The notes beneath the pieces are model-generated. The model was not told where the DNA came from. It made no database searches and worked only from the letters and a program-made list of their open reading frames with translations. Below, piece after piece: positions 51,918-64,000 of a DNA stretch of 64,000 nt. This DNA comes from Gemmatimonadales bacterium. Lineage in GTDB: Bacteria > Gemmatimonadota > Gemmatimonadetes > Gemmatimonadales > GWC2-71-9. Made by a program: the position numbers and the translations under genes. Within the stretch, counting starts at the first letter, position 1, and every line of letters starts with the position of its first letter. The stretch is from contig JBBCJC010000002.1 of assembly GCA_037189525.1 (NCBI GenBank), forward strand, positions 1,351,450-1,415,449. Direction: 5' to 3'.

Positions 51918-52434
51918 CGTCCACCGGTTCGGCGAATGTGAGGGCGTCCGTCACGATGGTGGCGGGCGCCTTCGTCGTTTGCACGCCACGGCGGGTCCGC
52001 TGCTGCTTGGCGAACGCCGCAAGCTGGGCATGGGTGTAGTTCCCGCCGTTCAACGATTGCATCTCGATGGCGGCCAGCCGCATGGCCATGGTAGTGAGGC
52101 CATGACGCCGCCAGACGCAGCGGACCCCGGCCGGCGAGAGGCGCATCCCGCGCTCGGAGAGCGCCGCGGCGATCCGGGCCTGGCCGTAGGCGGGATTGGC
52201 CAGGGAGAGTTCGACGACGGCGGCTTCGATGGCCGGCGCCACGCGATTCTTGAGCAGCGGCTTTCGCCGACTCTGATTCTGCAGGGCGGACTCTCCGCCT
52301 GCTGCGTAGAGAGACTTGAAGCGATAGAACGAATCCCGGCTGTATCCCGCCATCCGACAGGCGAGGGTGACGTTGCCGATTTCTTCGGCCAACGCCAGTA
52401 GATCGACCTTTTCGCGTACCCGATTCGTGTCCAT
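51892..52434 (-). mobile_element. IS481-family transposase N-terminal HTH region only (no DDE domain)
   Basis: LL.LAEE.GNV..AC...GYSRD.FYRFK..Y..GG...L...SRRKP..KNRV matches IS481 N-termini; ORF ends before any integrase core. Confidence 0.7.
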
Positions 52435-52850
52435 TGCCGTCCTGCGTTCATCGACCGTTGTGAGGCGCCGCCGTCCGATCGACTCACACCCCGCGGCGCG
52501 TCAGGGCGAGTCGGAGCACGTGGTCGGGCGTTAGGCACTACCGGTCGATCGGTTGGTAGTCCGGCGCGCCTCGTCGAACCAGTCGACGTCCCGATAGGAA
52601 GCAATACGATCGAATGTCGGCAATCGGTTTCACCGTTTTCTTCGGTCGTCGAAGGTGATCATGCGCGTGCACGGGGACGTGCTTGCTTTGACGCTCGTAC
52701 CGGCTCCGGGATTGCATTGGGCCACGAAGGGATGGTGCCACAGGTGCTCGGCGGACGTACGACAGGGATCGGCGGCCTCGGGCGCGGAGTGGTACCGGAG
52801 CCCTGATTCGGCCGGTATCTTTTGACCAACCCCCTTCGGTGGAGCGAGCT

Positions 52851-53525
52851 ATGCGGTGGACGATGGTCATGATGGCGTTGGCGCTTTCCGCGACATCGGT
52901 CGCGGCGCAGGATGCCGACCGGAGCGTCAAGGATGGCGGAATCAAAGTCAGCGGCTGGAAGGGACGGGTCGATCGGCGCCCGGCCTCGCAGGGTAAGTCA
53001 CTGGCCGATTCCCGTCTGGCGGCCGAAGGGGCCGGGTTCAGATTGTCGGTCGGGCCGGCGGGCAACTTCTGGCGCGATGCGGACGTGGCTCGGGGCAACT
53101 ACGAAGTGAAGGCGACCTTCAAAGAACACAAGATGGCTGCTACGCATCCGCACTCGTACGGCATCTTCATCGGCGGTGCCGACCTCGAGTCCGACACGGA
53201 AACGCTGATGTACTGTATCGCGTACGGGAACGGCACCTACTCCGTCAAAACCTTCCACGGCGCCAACGTCACAACGCTGGTCGACCGGGCAGCGTCGGAC
53301 GCGCTGCGGAAAGCGGATGCCAACGGCGAGGCCACCAACGAGATCGGCTGGCGGGTCAAGGACGGCAAGGCGTCGTGCGTCATCAACGGCACGGCGGTCA
53401 AGACCTTCGATCAGAGCGAAGTGGTCGTGGCCGACAAGCTCAAGTCGCTCGATGGCGGCTATGGCATTCGGGTCAGCCACAACCTGGAACTCAGCGTGAC
53501 CGGGCTCGGCGTCTCGAAGTTGTAA
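52851..53525 (+). CDS. Secreted hypothetical protein, concanavalin/DUF1080-like beta sandwich
   Basis: Signal peptide ending VAA-Q; YGIFIGG, C.ING..V, G.YGIRV. Confidence 0.6.
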   Translation: MRWTMVMMALALSATSVAAQDADRSVKDGGIKVSGWKGRVDRRPASQGKSLADSRLAAEGAGFRLSVGPAGNFWRDADVARGNYEVKATFKEHKMAATHPHSYGIFIGGADLESDTETLMYCIAYGNGTYSVKTFHGANVTTLVDRAASDALRKADANGEATNEIGWRVKDGKASCVINGTAVKTFDQSEVVVADKLKSLDGGYGIRVSHNLELSVTGLGVSKL

Positions 53526-53538
53526 AGGCTAGGGAGAG

Positions 53539-53588
53539 AAAAACACGGCGGGGCGGATCGCGAGAGATCTGCCCCGCCGTGTCATTTA
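53539..53588. terminator. Bidirectional terminator between convergent genes
   Basis: ACACGGCGGGGCGGATC-N6-GATCTGCCCCGCCGTGT with an A tract upstream. Confidence 0.7.
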
Positions 53589-53591
53589 CGG

Positions 53592-54491
53592 TCAGTGCGA
53601 ACAGCCGGTGGGTCGGGTGGTATAGGTGCCGCCTTCGAGCAGCCAGGTGCCCTGGTTTCGCACCAGATGAAAGGCGTCGTAGCCGCAGTGGCTCAGTCGG
53701 CCGCCAATCAGAAAGCGGTATGGCGCCCACACGAGGGCGATGTCGCCGTCGACGCGAACCACGATATCGTGGAGTTGTTCGTCGAGCACCTCGGTGGATC
53801 GGGTCAGGGTCTGGGCATCTGTGGTTGCCGGGCGCCGTCGGATGGTGACACCCCGGTCGTTGTATCCCGCGGTGACCCATTGGGCCCGTGGTGAGAAAAG
53901 GCTCAACAGTCGCGCGGTATCGCGGGTGCGCAGTGACGCCGTGAACCCATCGACCACGGACAACACGGCCCGTCGTTCGTCTGGGGTTGGTTCCGGCAGC
54001 GGCAGTGATCGAGCGGCGGTTGCGCGAATGGTGGGGCATCCATCGGGACGCACGGTATAGATTGCCCCGGCGATCTGCCAGCGCCCGCCCTCGCGGACCA
54101 GGTTGAAGGCATCGTATCCGCAGTGCGACAGGCGCTCGTCGGTGTGGAACTCGTAGGGCGCCCAGACCGAGGCGATGTCGCCGTCCTGCCAAACCTCGGC
54201 GGCGAGGAGCCACTCGCGCGGGCCGGGAGTGGATCCTGCGGCAATCCGCCGAATGGTGGTGGAGGTCGGCCCGCCGGAAACGGTGACGGCGCCATTGGCG
54301 ACGCGGACGGCGACCATGGTCGATCCCGGATGGTTGGCGGACTCCATCAGGGTGCTATCGCGGGCTCTCATGCCCTGGAACAGGCGGTCGACCGCTTCGA
54401 GGATGGCAACGCGGTCGGGGGCTTGCTGGGCGTGGCTCGGCGCGGGCAGCGAGCAGGGCAGCAGGATCAGGCAAGGGATCAGGAAGCGCAT
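53592..54491 (-). CDS. Secreted protein with two tandem NTF2-like domains
   Basis: Duplicated DGDIA.VWAPY.F....LSHCGYDAF.LVR motif. Confidence 0.8.
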   Translation of the reverse strand: MRFLIPCLILLPCSLPAPSHAQQAPDRVAILEAVDRLFQGMRARDSTLMESANHPGSTMVAVRVANGAVTVSGGPTSTTIRRIAAGSTPGPREWLLAAEVWQDGDIASVWAPYEFHTDERLSHCGYDAFNLVREGGRWQIAGAIYTVRPDGCPTIRATAARSLPLPEPTPDERRAVLSVVDGFTASLRTRDTARLLSLFSPRAQWVTAGYNDRGVTIRRRPATTDAQTLTRSTEVLDEQLHDIVVRVDGDIALVWAPYRFLIGGRLSHCGYDAFHLVRNQGTWLLEGGTYTTRPTGCSH

Positions 54492-54544
54492 GGACACCAA
54501 GGTATCACAGTTTCGTGGTACCGGGGCGACGACGGCGGGAGGAC

Positions 54545-55237
54545 ATGGTCATGACGATGCGGATCGATGGGCACGTGGTTATCACGGGTGCGGCGGGCGG
54601 GCTGGGTGAGGCGGTGCTCGACGCCTTTCTCGAGGCCGGCGCTATCTGCCATGTGCCGGTCCGAGGGCCGGTCCCGGAGGTGCTGGCGGGGCGGGCCGGC
54701 GTCGTTCCCGTCGGCGCGACCGATCTGACCGATGAGACGAGCGTCGAACGCTTCTTTGCGGACCTGCCGCCCATCGTGGCCTCGATTCATCTGGCGGGCG
54801 GCTTCGAAGCGCAGCCGATTGCCGAGGCCACCCGCGCGGCGCTGGATCGCCAGCTGAGCATCAACCTGGTGACGACCTTCCTGTCCTGTCGCGAGGCCAT
54901 CAAGGCGCTGCGGCGGGCCGGGGGCGGGCGGATCGTCAACGTCGGGTCCCGGGTTTCCGAGGTGCCGTCGGCCGGTTCGGCGGCGTATGCGGCGGCCAAG
55001 GGTGCGGTCGCTGCGCTGACTCGCGCCTTGGCGGAGGAAGTCCGGCAGGAGGCGATCCTCGTCAATGCGGTCCTGCCCTCGATCATCGATACGCCGGCCA
55101 ATCGCGCGGCGATGCCGAAAGCCGCGCACGATCGGTGGCCCAAGCCGGCGGAGCTGGCGCAGACGATTCGGTGGCTGGCGTCGCCGGAGAATCGGCTCAC
55201 GTCGGGGGCGCTGGTGCCTGTGTATGGCCGGGCGTGA
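54545..55237 (+). CDS. Short-chain dehydrogenase/reductase
   Basis: TGAAGGLG, YAAAK, NAVLPSIIDTP. Confidence 0.9.
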   Translation: MVMTMRIDGHVVITGAAGGLGEAVLDAFLEAGAICHVPVRGPVPEVLAGRAGVVPVGATDLTDETSVERFFADLPPIVASIHLAGGFEAQPIAEATRAALDRQLSINLVTTFLSCREAIKALRRAGGGRIVNVGSRVSEVPSAGSAAYAAAKGAVAALTRALAEEVRQEAILVNAVLPSIIDTPANRAAMPKAAHDRWPKPAELAQTIRWLASPENRLTSGALVPVYGRA

Positions 55238-55266
55238 CGAGGGTGTGAACCGGTAGAATTACGTGG

Positions 55267-55296
55267 TTGACGTGACGGTCGGAAAGGCGGTACTGT
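55267..55296 (+). promoter_or_regulatory. Sigma70-type promoter
   Basis: TTGACG-N18-TACTGT. Confidence 0.55.
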
Positions 55297-55312
55297 TTGA
55301 GAGTAAATAAAA

Positions 55313-55332
55313 GAAAATGAAAATCATTTTCA
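55313..55332. promoter_or_regulatory. Fur-family (Fur/Zur) operator
   Basis: GAAAATGAAAATCATTTTC matches the 19-bp Fur box GATAATGATAATCATTATC at 16/19; contains the perfect 7-1-7 palindrome TGAAAAT-C-ATTTTCA. Confidence 0.75.
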
Positions 55333-55374
55333 AGTCATTAGAATCCTCCTCCTCGTAGCTACCGAGGCCGATCC

Positions 55375-56331
55375 ATGTTCAGTGAAGATTCCGCGGCCGA
55401 TTCCCCCGATCCCGTCTCCCAGCCGTCGATTGCCGAAGTCGAGCGGATCGCGCGCGGGTGTGGTGCCGGGTGTTGGCGGCTCCTGCCGTGCTGGAACGCC
55501 CTGTTCGCCGAGCTCCGAGCGATCGGGAAGGTTCGGGCGGTCGTCCGGTCGCCGGGGATCTGGATGGCGCGGTGCCTCGATTTTCGCCGGATGGTCGCGG
55601 CGGGGGGCACGGCGGATCTCGTGACGGGCGCCGCTCATTTCCGGGCCGATCTCTCCCGGTGGAGCAGCGTGTACCTGACCGACGAGCAGTGGACGGACGG
55701 CCAGGCCAGGAGTGTCCGGTGGTTCGACGGGGCGGGACATCCGGCGCTCGAGATCCATGTCCCGATGGAGGGGTGGGGGACCCTGGACTTCCTGGTGGCA
55801 GGGTTTGCCGACCCGGATCAGGAGGCCGGCCAACTCGTGGTGCCCGAGCCCCTCCCGAAAGAGCCTCCGAACGACGATATTGATGTCAAGGAACTCCGTG
55901 CGGCCTGGGATCGGCTGAATCCGAGGACGCCGTTCTCGTCGTTACTGGTCCGGTTTGGCATCGGGCGCCCACAGGCGTACCGGCTGGCCGGGCCGAGTCG
56001 TGCGGAGCCTGTTGATCCCATGAGCGTGTGCCGGATTGCCTGCCAGGCCCGGAAAGCTGGGCGGCCGCTGGTAATGCGAGTGCATGCTGGGACCTCGTCT
56101 TTGGCCTACGCAGGGCCAATCACGGGCCAAGCAACGGCGGATGGCGAACTGCGGATGGTCGCCCCCTGCCTTGCGGCTTCGATCCAACTGGATCGGATCC
56201 ATAGCGCGTGGAGTGTTACACGACCGGGTTGCGGCGGCGAGTCGTCCGTTGCGCTCGAGTGTTACGACGAACAGGATCGGTTGCTGGTCGGGGCTGCCCT
56301 GCCCACCGAGCGTTACGTCGACTACGTGTAA
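55375..56331 (+). CDS. Degenerate HemS/ChuS-like protein
   Basis: RS..WFD.AG....IH, D...LR.AW, G..R.QA.RLAG, I..AW.V..P....LE.YD pattern of the HemS repeats. Confidence 0.6.
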   Translation: MFSEDSAADSPDPVSQPSIAEVERIARGCGAGCWRLLPCWNALFAELRAIGKVRAVVRSPGIWMARCLDFRRMVAAGGTADLVTGAAHFRADLSRWSSVYLTDEQWTDGQARSVRWFDGAGHPALEIHVPMEGWGTLDFLVAGFADPDQEAGQLVVPEPLPKEPPNDDIDVKELRAAWDRLNPRTPFSSLLVRFGIGRPQAYRLAGPSRAEPVDPMSVCRIACQARKAGRPLVMRVHAGTSSLAYAGPITGQATADGELRMVAPCLAASIQLDRIHSAWSVTRPGCGGESSVALECYDEQDRLLVGAALPTERYVDYV

Positions 56332-56368
56332 CCAGTGTGTGTACCGTTATCTCTGGGAGCAGTCACAA

Positions 56369-56971
56369 GTGAATCTTCGTGGTCCGAAGGGTAAGATCGC
56401 CCGGGCGCTGGGCATTCCGTTGTCCCCCAAAACGGCCAAGGTCCTGGCGGCCCGGCCCGAGCGGCCCGGCCAGCACGGCGCGGCCCCGCAGCGCAAAGTC
56501 TCCGAATACAAGCGGCAGCTGATGGAAAAGCAGCGGCTCCGCGCCCAGTACAACCTGAGCGAGCGGCAGCTGGAAAACGCCTTTGCCGAAGCGTCGCGCT
56601 TGCCGGGCAACACCGGTGAGCGGCTGTTGCAGCTGCTCGAGCTCCGGCTCGACGCCGTGGTGCTCCGGTCCGGGTTTGCGCGGACCATCTTTGCCGCGCG
56701 CCAGCTGGTGGCCCATGGCCACGTCACGGTCAACGGCCGGATCAGCAAGGCGCCGGGCCGTCGGCTGGCGCCGGGCGCCGTGGTCGGCCTGCGTGAGCGC
56801 AGCAAGGACATCGTGCCCGTCGTGGCGGCGCTCGAGGCGCGGCCCGTCGTGCCGACCTACCTCGACGTGCAGGGCGCAGCGCGGAAGTCGACGGTGCGGG
56901 CCTTGCCGGTACGGGATCAGATCCCGGTGCTCTGCGAGCCGGCGCTGGTGGTTGAGTTCTATTCGCGCTGA
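56369..56971 (+). CDS. rpsD: 30S ribosomal protein S4, stand-alone paralogue without zinc ribbon
   Basis: PGQHG, SEY..QL.EKQ.LR..Y, LE.RLD.VV.R.GF, VVEFYSR; outside the alpha operon. Confidence 0.92.
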   Translation: MNLRGPKGKIARALGIPLSPKTAKVLAARPERPGQHGAAPQRKVSEYKRQLMEKQRLRAQYNLSERQLENAFAEASRLPGNTGERLLQLLELRLDAVVLRSGFARTIFAARQLVAHGHVTVNGRISKAPGRRLAPGAVVGLRERSKDIVPVVAALEARPVVPTYLDVQGAARKSTVRALPVRDQIPVLCEPALVVEFYSR

Positions 56972-56994
56972 TCGCTCGGCGCTGCGGGACTAAG

Positions 56995-57026
56995 AAGGGC
57001 CTCGCCGTCTGGCGGGGCCTTTTTTG
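56995..57026 (+). terminator. Intrinsic terminator after rpsD
   Basis: GGCCTCGCC-GTCT-GGCGGGGCC followed by TTTTTT. Confidence 0.85.
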
Positions 57027-57099
57027 TTGGACCTGGGGCTCGGCAGTTCCCTCTAAGTACCAATAGATAGCATCTACTGGTACCACCGGAGGTTGTCGT

Positions 57100-57351
57100 A
57101 TGGCAAAGAATACCAGCATTTCCCTTGGCGATCATTTCGAGGGATTCATCAGCCGACAAGTTGCAAGCGGGCGCTACGGCTCAGCCAGCGAAGTCGTCCG
57201 TGCCAGTCTGCGCCTGCTCGAAGAATACGAACAGAAGATCGGTACGCTGCGGCAGGCACTCATTGATGGAGAGGCGAGCGGCGACGCCGGCGAGTTGGAT
57301 ATGGATGATATCAAGAGCAAGGCGCGCCGCCGGACGAAGTCAGCTACTTGA
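57100..57351 (+). CDS. parD: ParD-family (RHH) antitoxin
   Basis: [41 protein letters not shown]. Confidence 0.9.
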   Translation: MAKNTSISLGDHFEGFISRQVASGRYGSASEVVRASLRLLEEYEQKIGTLRQALIDGEASGDAGELDMDDIKSKARRRTKSAT

Positions 57352-57522
57352 CGCGAAGAATCCGCAAACACGCACTCGCCGAAAGCGACCTCATCGGCAT
57401 CTGGCAGTATACCGTTGAGCGGTGGGATGGAGCTCAGGGCGGTCTACTACACCGTGGCCCCGTCTGCTATCCATATCATCCGAGTGCTTCATGGCAAGAT
57501 GGATCCTGGCAGGCATTTATAG
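57348..57522 (+). pseudogene. parE: ParE-family toxin with internal deletion and frameshift
   Basis: N-terminal AESDL.GIW.YT.ERW and C-terminal IIRVLHGKMD are in different frames; middle missing. Confidence 0.8.
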
Positions 57523-57646
57523 TACTCGATCGCTGGTAAGCCGCGCATCTTGTTCAAGATGGGCGGTTTTCGGGCTCCGATTCGGGTGCGGTTGATGCCT
57601 GTCCGGGATGGCGTTGACTCCAAAGCAACGGTCACTAAGTTGAGGA

Positions 57647-57844
57647 CGACTTCGGTTCTTCGCGCTCGAATCGAGACGAAGAAAAAAGGGAATCCGGTGC
57701 GGCGATTGCGATCGCTCATTCCGGAGCTGCCCCCGCAACTGTAAGCGGCGAGCGAACGGTCGTCATCGTGCCACTGGTGAGACATCACCGGGAAGGCCAG
57801 ACCGATTCGCCATGACCCGCGAGCCAGGAGACCTGCCCAAGTCG
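57647..57844 (+). promoter_or_regulatory. Cobalamin (AdoCbl) riboswitch
   Basis: AGGGAA.CCGGTG, CTGCCCCCGCAACTGT, GCCACTG, GGGAAGG, B12 box GCCAGGAGACCTGCC; TTGACT-N16-TAAGTT upstream. Confidence 0.95.
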
Positions 57845-57986
57845 CCGTCGTGCCATTCCTCGGGCGGGGTGTCCCGTGGGATCGCGTTCAGTCGCGGACC
57901 CGCTCGCCGGCCGTCCCCGCTCCCCGCGCTCCCTCCGAATCCCTTGGCCGAGCCCAGTCGGACTCTCTTCGCGCAAGGGGACATTC

Positions 57987-60826
<2,840 letters not shown>

Positions 60827-60830
<4 letters not shown>

Positions 60831-62212
60831 GCGCCGATTCCCGCCACGAGCTGGTGCTCGACTGGTCCGGTGTTTCGCCCGAGCCGCTGTTGCCGGCGTC
60901 CGAGTCCGTGCGAGCTCCCGCTTCCGTGGCACCCGCGCCCGGGCTCGGGCACGCACCGGTGTCTGCGACGGCGTCGAAGTTTCCGCCTCCGCTGCCCGAT
61001 GTGCAGCTATCGGCGGCGACATCCGTGAACTCGGTGTCGCAGCACGCGCCCGTGGCAACATCCGTAGCGTCGAATACGGAGACCGGTCTCGAGGCCATGC
61101 CGGCGACCGCGAAGCCGGAATCGCAGGACGCGCTCGAGGCGGCGCCTGTGTCGTCCAATGCGGCGACCGGCCTCGAAGCCATCGATCGGACTGGTGGTCG
61201 GGTTCAGGTCGATGACAAGGCGATGATCAACTGCAAGGCCGACGTCAACCAACTGCTCCCGCTCAAGTACCGCTGGGCATGGGACAAGTACCTGGCCGCC
61301 TGCAACAATCATTGGATGCCGTCGGAAGTGTCGATGCAGGCCGATATTGCGCTCTGGAAGTCGAAGGATGGGTTGACCGACGATGAGCGCCGCCTGGTCA
61401 AGCGAAACCTCGGCTTCTTTGCGGCGTCGGAGTCACTCGTCGCCAACAACATCGTGCTGGCGGTCTATCGGCATCTGACCAACCCCGAGTGCCGGCAGTA
61501 TCTGCTTCGGCAGGCGTTCGAGGAGGCGGTGCACACCCACACGTTCCAGTACATCGTGGAAAGCCTGGGGCTCGATGAGGGTGAGCTCTTCAATATGTAC
61601 CGGGAAGTGCCGTCGATTACCGATAAGGCGTCCTGGGCCCTCAACTACACGCAGCATCTCTCAGATCCCGATTTCCAGACCGGAACGCCTGCCGCCGATC
61701 GGGCGTTCGTTCGCGATCTGGTGGCGTTCTACGTGGTGTTCGAGGGGATGTGGTTCTATACCGGCTTTGCGCAGATCCTCTCACTCGGCCGGCGCAACAA
61801 GATGGTGGGGATTGCGGAGCAGTATCAGTACATCCTGCGGGACGAGTCGCTCCACCTCAACTTCGGCGTCGACGTGATCAACCAGATCCGAGCGGAGAAT
61901 CCCGGGTTGTGGAACGCGGAGATGGACGCCGAGGTCCGCCGGATGCTGGGCACGGCGTGCGAACTGGAAATCGCGTACGCCGAGGATACCATGCCGCGCG
62001 GGATCCTGGGGCTGACGGCGCCGCTCTGCGCGCAGTATATGAAGTTCATCACCAACCGGCGTTGTGCGCAGCTGGGCCTGGCGCCGCTGCATGGGCAGGT
62101 CGAGAACCCGTTCGCGTGGATGTCGGAGGTGATGGATCTCAAGAAGGAGAAGAACTTCTTCGAGACCCGCGTGATCGAGTACCAGAACGGCGGCGCGCTC
62201 GCCTGGGATTGA
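60827..62212 (+). CDS. nrdB: Class I ribonucleotide reductase beta subunit, class Ic-type signature
   Basis: [38 protein letters not shown]. Confidence 0.95.
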
Positions 62213-62235
62213 CGACGATGCGGTGAGGGCTGATG

Positions 62236-62991
62236 TCAGCCCTCACCATTCAATGGCGTCGGGCGGCCGCTCTCGTCGACCGCGACCATCACGAATTCAC
62301 CAGTGCCGCAGATGCGCCGCTCGCCGGTCCTGAGGCTTTCGGAAGCGAGCGTCACCGCGACCGAGAGCGATGTCCGGCCGCGCGCCGTGACGATCGGTGC
62401 GAGTTCCATGATCTCGCCGGTCCCGATGTGGGCGGTGAAGTCGACGCGCCGTGTCGCCGCCATGACGATGGTCTTCCGGCTCGCGCGCGTCGCGGCGATG
62501 AAGGCGGCCTTGCCCATGGCTGCAAGCGCGTGTCCGCCATAGAGGCTGCCATAGTGGCTCGTCTGTTCGGGAAAGACGAGATCAACCAGCCTAAGCCCGC
62601 CGTCATCGGGCTCGGGCGTGTCGAGGGGCGGCATGCGCCACCCCTCGCTTTCGGCTCTGTTGCCCACCGCCACCATGTTGAACAACCCACGGCCGCAGAG
62701 CCGACGCTCCCCTGAAAGCAGGGCCTCGGCCACCAGCTCGACCTCGATGCCGATCGAGCGGCGTCCGGCACGGGTTACCCGCGCCGTCACCTCGGCCAGT
62801 TCGCCCAGACGCGCCGGCGCCTTGAAGTCGATCCGTTCACATGAAGCGGTGACGAAATCGACATGGGCGTGCCGGGCCGCCGCGATGAAGGCGACCTTGT
62901 CCATGTGGGCGAGGGCGGTCCCGCCGAACAGCGTCCCATGGTGATTGGTGTCGCCGGGGAAGACGATGTCGACGAGACGGGTCGTGGTCAT
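62236..62991 (-). CDS. Tandem hot-dog acyl-CoA thioesterase
   Basis: [15 protein letters not shown] and [15 protein letters not shown] repeats; ATGA overlap with metE. Confidence 0.88.
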   Translation of the reverse strand: MTTTRLVDIVFPGDTNHHGTLFGGTALAHMDKVAFIAAARHAHVDFVTASCERIDFKAPARLGELAEVTARVTRAGRRSIGIEVELVAEALLSGERRLCGRGLFNMVAVGNRAESEGWRMPPLDTPEPDDGGLRLVDLVFPEQTSHYGSLYGGHALAAMGKAAFIAATRASRKTIVMAATRRVDFTAHIGTGEIMELAPIVTARGRTSLSVAVTLASESLRTGERRICGTGEFVMVAVDESGRPTPLNGEG

Positions 62992-64000
62992 TGGGCGGCT
63001 TCTCGCGGGGCCTCGCGAAGCGCGCGGGCGGCTGCCACCATGTTGACCAGCGCCGGTCGGACCTCCTCCCACTTGCGGGTCTTGAGACCGCAGTCAGGAT
63101 TGACCCAGAGCTGCTCGTCGCCGAGCCGCTGACGGGCAAGCGCGAGCAGCGTCGTCATCTCTGCGATCTCCGGCACGCGGGGCGAGTGGATGTCATAGAC
63201 GCCCGGGCCGATCTCGTTCGGGTAGCGGAACGACTTGAACGCATCGAGCAACTCCATCTTCGAGCGCGACGTCTCGATCGAGATCACATCCGCATCCATG
63301 GCGGCGATCGCGTCGATGATGTCGTTGAACTCGGAGTAGCACATATGGGTATGCACCTGCGTCGCATCCGCTACGCCCGAGGCGCAGAGCCGGAAGCACT
63401 CGACCGCCCAGTCGAGATACGCCTTCCAGTCCGCATGGCGGAGCGGAAGGCCCTCGCGGAGTGCGGCTTCGTCGATCTGGATCATCTGCGCGCCCGCTGA
63501 CTCCAGGTCGCTGACCTCGTCGCGGATGGCGAGCGCGATCTGGCGGCACGCTTCGCTTCTCGGCATGTCGTCGCGGACGAACGACCAGTTGAGGATCGTC
63601 ACCGGCCCGGTCAGCATGCCCTTCATCGGCCGTGTCGTGAGGGATTGAGCATAGCGCCACCAGCCGACGGTCATCGGCTCGGGACGGGAGACGTCGCCGA
63701 AGAGGATCGGCGGACGGACGCAGCGCGAGCCGTAGCTCTGCACCCAGCCATGGCGCGTGAAAGCGAAGCCGGAGAGCTGTTCGCCGAAGTACTGCACCAT
63801 GTCGTTGCGCTCGAACTCGCCATGGACCAGCACGTCGAGACCGATCTCTTCCTGCCAGCGGATGGTGCGTTCGGTCTCCTCGCGGAGGAAGCTCTCATAA
63901 GCGGCATCGTCCATCTGGCCCTTGTCATGGGCGGCGCGGGCCCTGCGCACGTCCGCCGTCGGGGGGAAGGAGCCGATGGTCGTGGTCGGGAAGGCGGGCA
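62988..64000 (-). CDS. metE: Cobalamin-independent methionine synthase (3' part; runs off the window)
   Basis: [40 protein letters not shown]. Confidence 0.96.
   Translation of the reverse strand, partial: PAFPTTTIGSFPPTADVRRARAAHDKGQMDDAAYESFLREETERTIRWQEEIGLDVLVHGEFERNDMVQYFGEQLSGFAFTRHGWVQSYGSRCVRPPILFGDVSRPEPMTVGWWRYAQSLTTRPMKGMLTGPVTILNWSFVRDDMPRSEACRQIALAIRDEVSDLESAGAQMIQIDEAALREGLPLRHADWKAYLDWAVECFRLCASGVADATQVHTHMCYSEFNDIIDAIAAMDADVISIETSRSKMELLDAFKSFRYPNEIGPGVYDIHSPRVPEIAEMTTLLALARQRLGDEQLWVNPDCGLKTRKWEEVRPALVNMVAAARALREAPREAAQ

Noticed and set aside
52435..52850. Possible ncRNA or IS end in the 400-nt intergenic gap
   Set aside because: No convincing inverted repeat, target duplication or stable fold by eye.
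57348..57539. 63-aa ORF as an intact ParE toxin
   Set aside because: After about residue 30 it leaves the ParE frame; the true C-terminus is in another frame.

Overview
High-GC bacterial chromosome segment; gene content and style suggest Gemmatimonadota (inference). It opens at the edge of a tyrosine-integrase element inserted at tRNA-Pro(CGG), the last gene of a six-tRNA operon on the minus strand. Core genes follow: mlaEFD, a NUDIX hydrolase, an F1Fo ATP synthase split into atpAGDC (6.3-10.5 kb) and atpZIBEFH (48.9-51.9 kb), waaA, gcvT, tdh-kbl, an RlmI-type methyltransferase, recQ and a MoxR ATPase. The window ends with a Fur-family-box-preceded hemS-like/rpsD-paralogue pair, a parDE with a broken toxin, and a B12-independence block (cobalamin riboswitch, class Ic-type nrdAB, acyl-CoA thioesterase, metE). 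The best candidate for an undescribed system lies at 21.9-31.0 kb: an atypical sigma54 activator, an Fe-S/hydrogenase-fold diguanylate cyclase, a hypothetical protein, an unannotated 27-aa Trp-ending peptide with a strong RBS, a membrane HD-GYP phosphodiesterase and a convergent BTAD-ATPase-TPR regulator. The peptide, the HD-GYP gene and only the C-terminal third of the regulator share a low-GC cassette. A second candidate is a ~225-nt structured intergenic transcript at 14.46-14.68 kb carrying a 13-nt perfect complement of the 16S rRNA 3' end. All calls are from reading the sequence; no searches were run.
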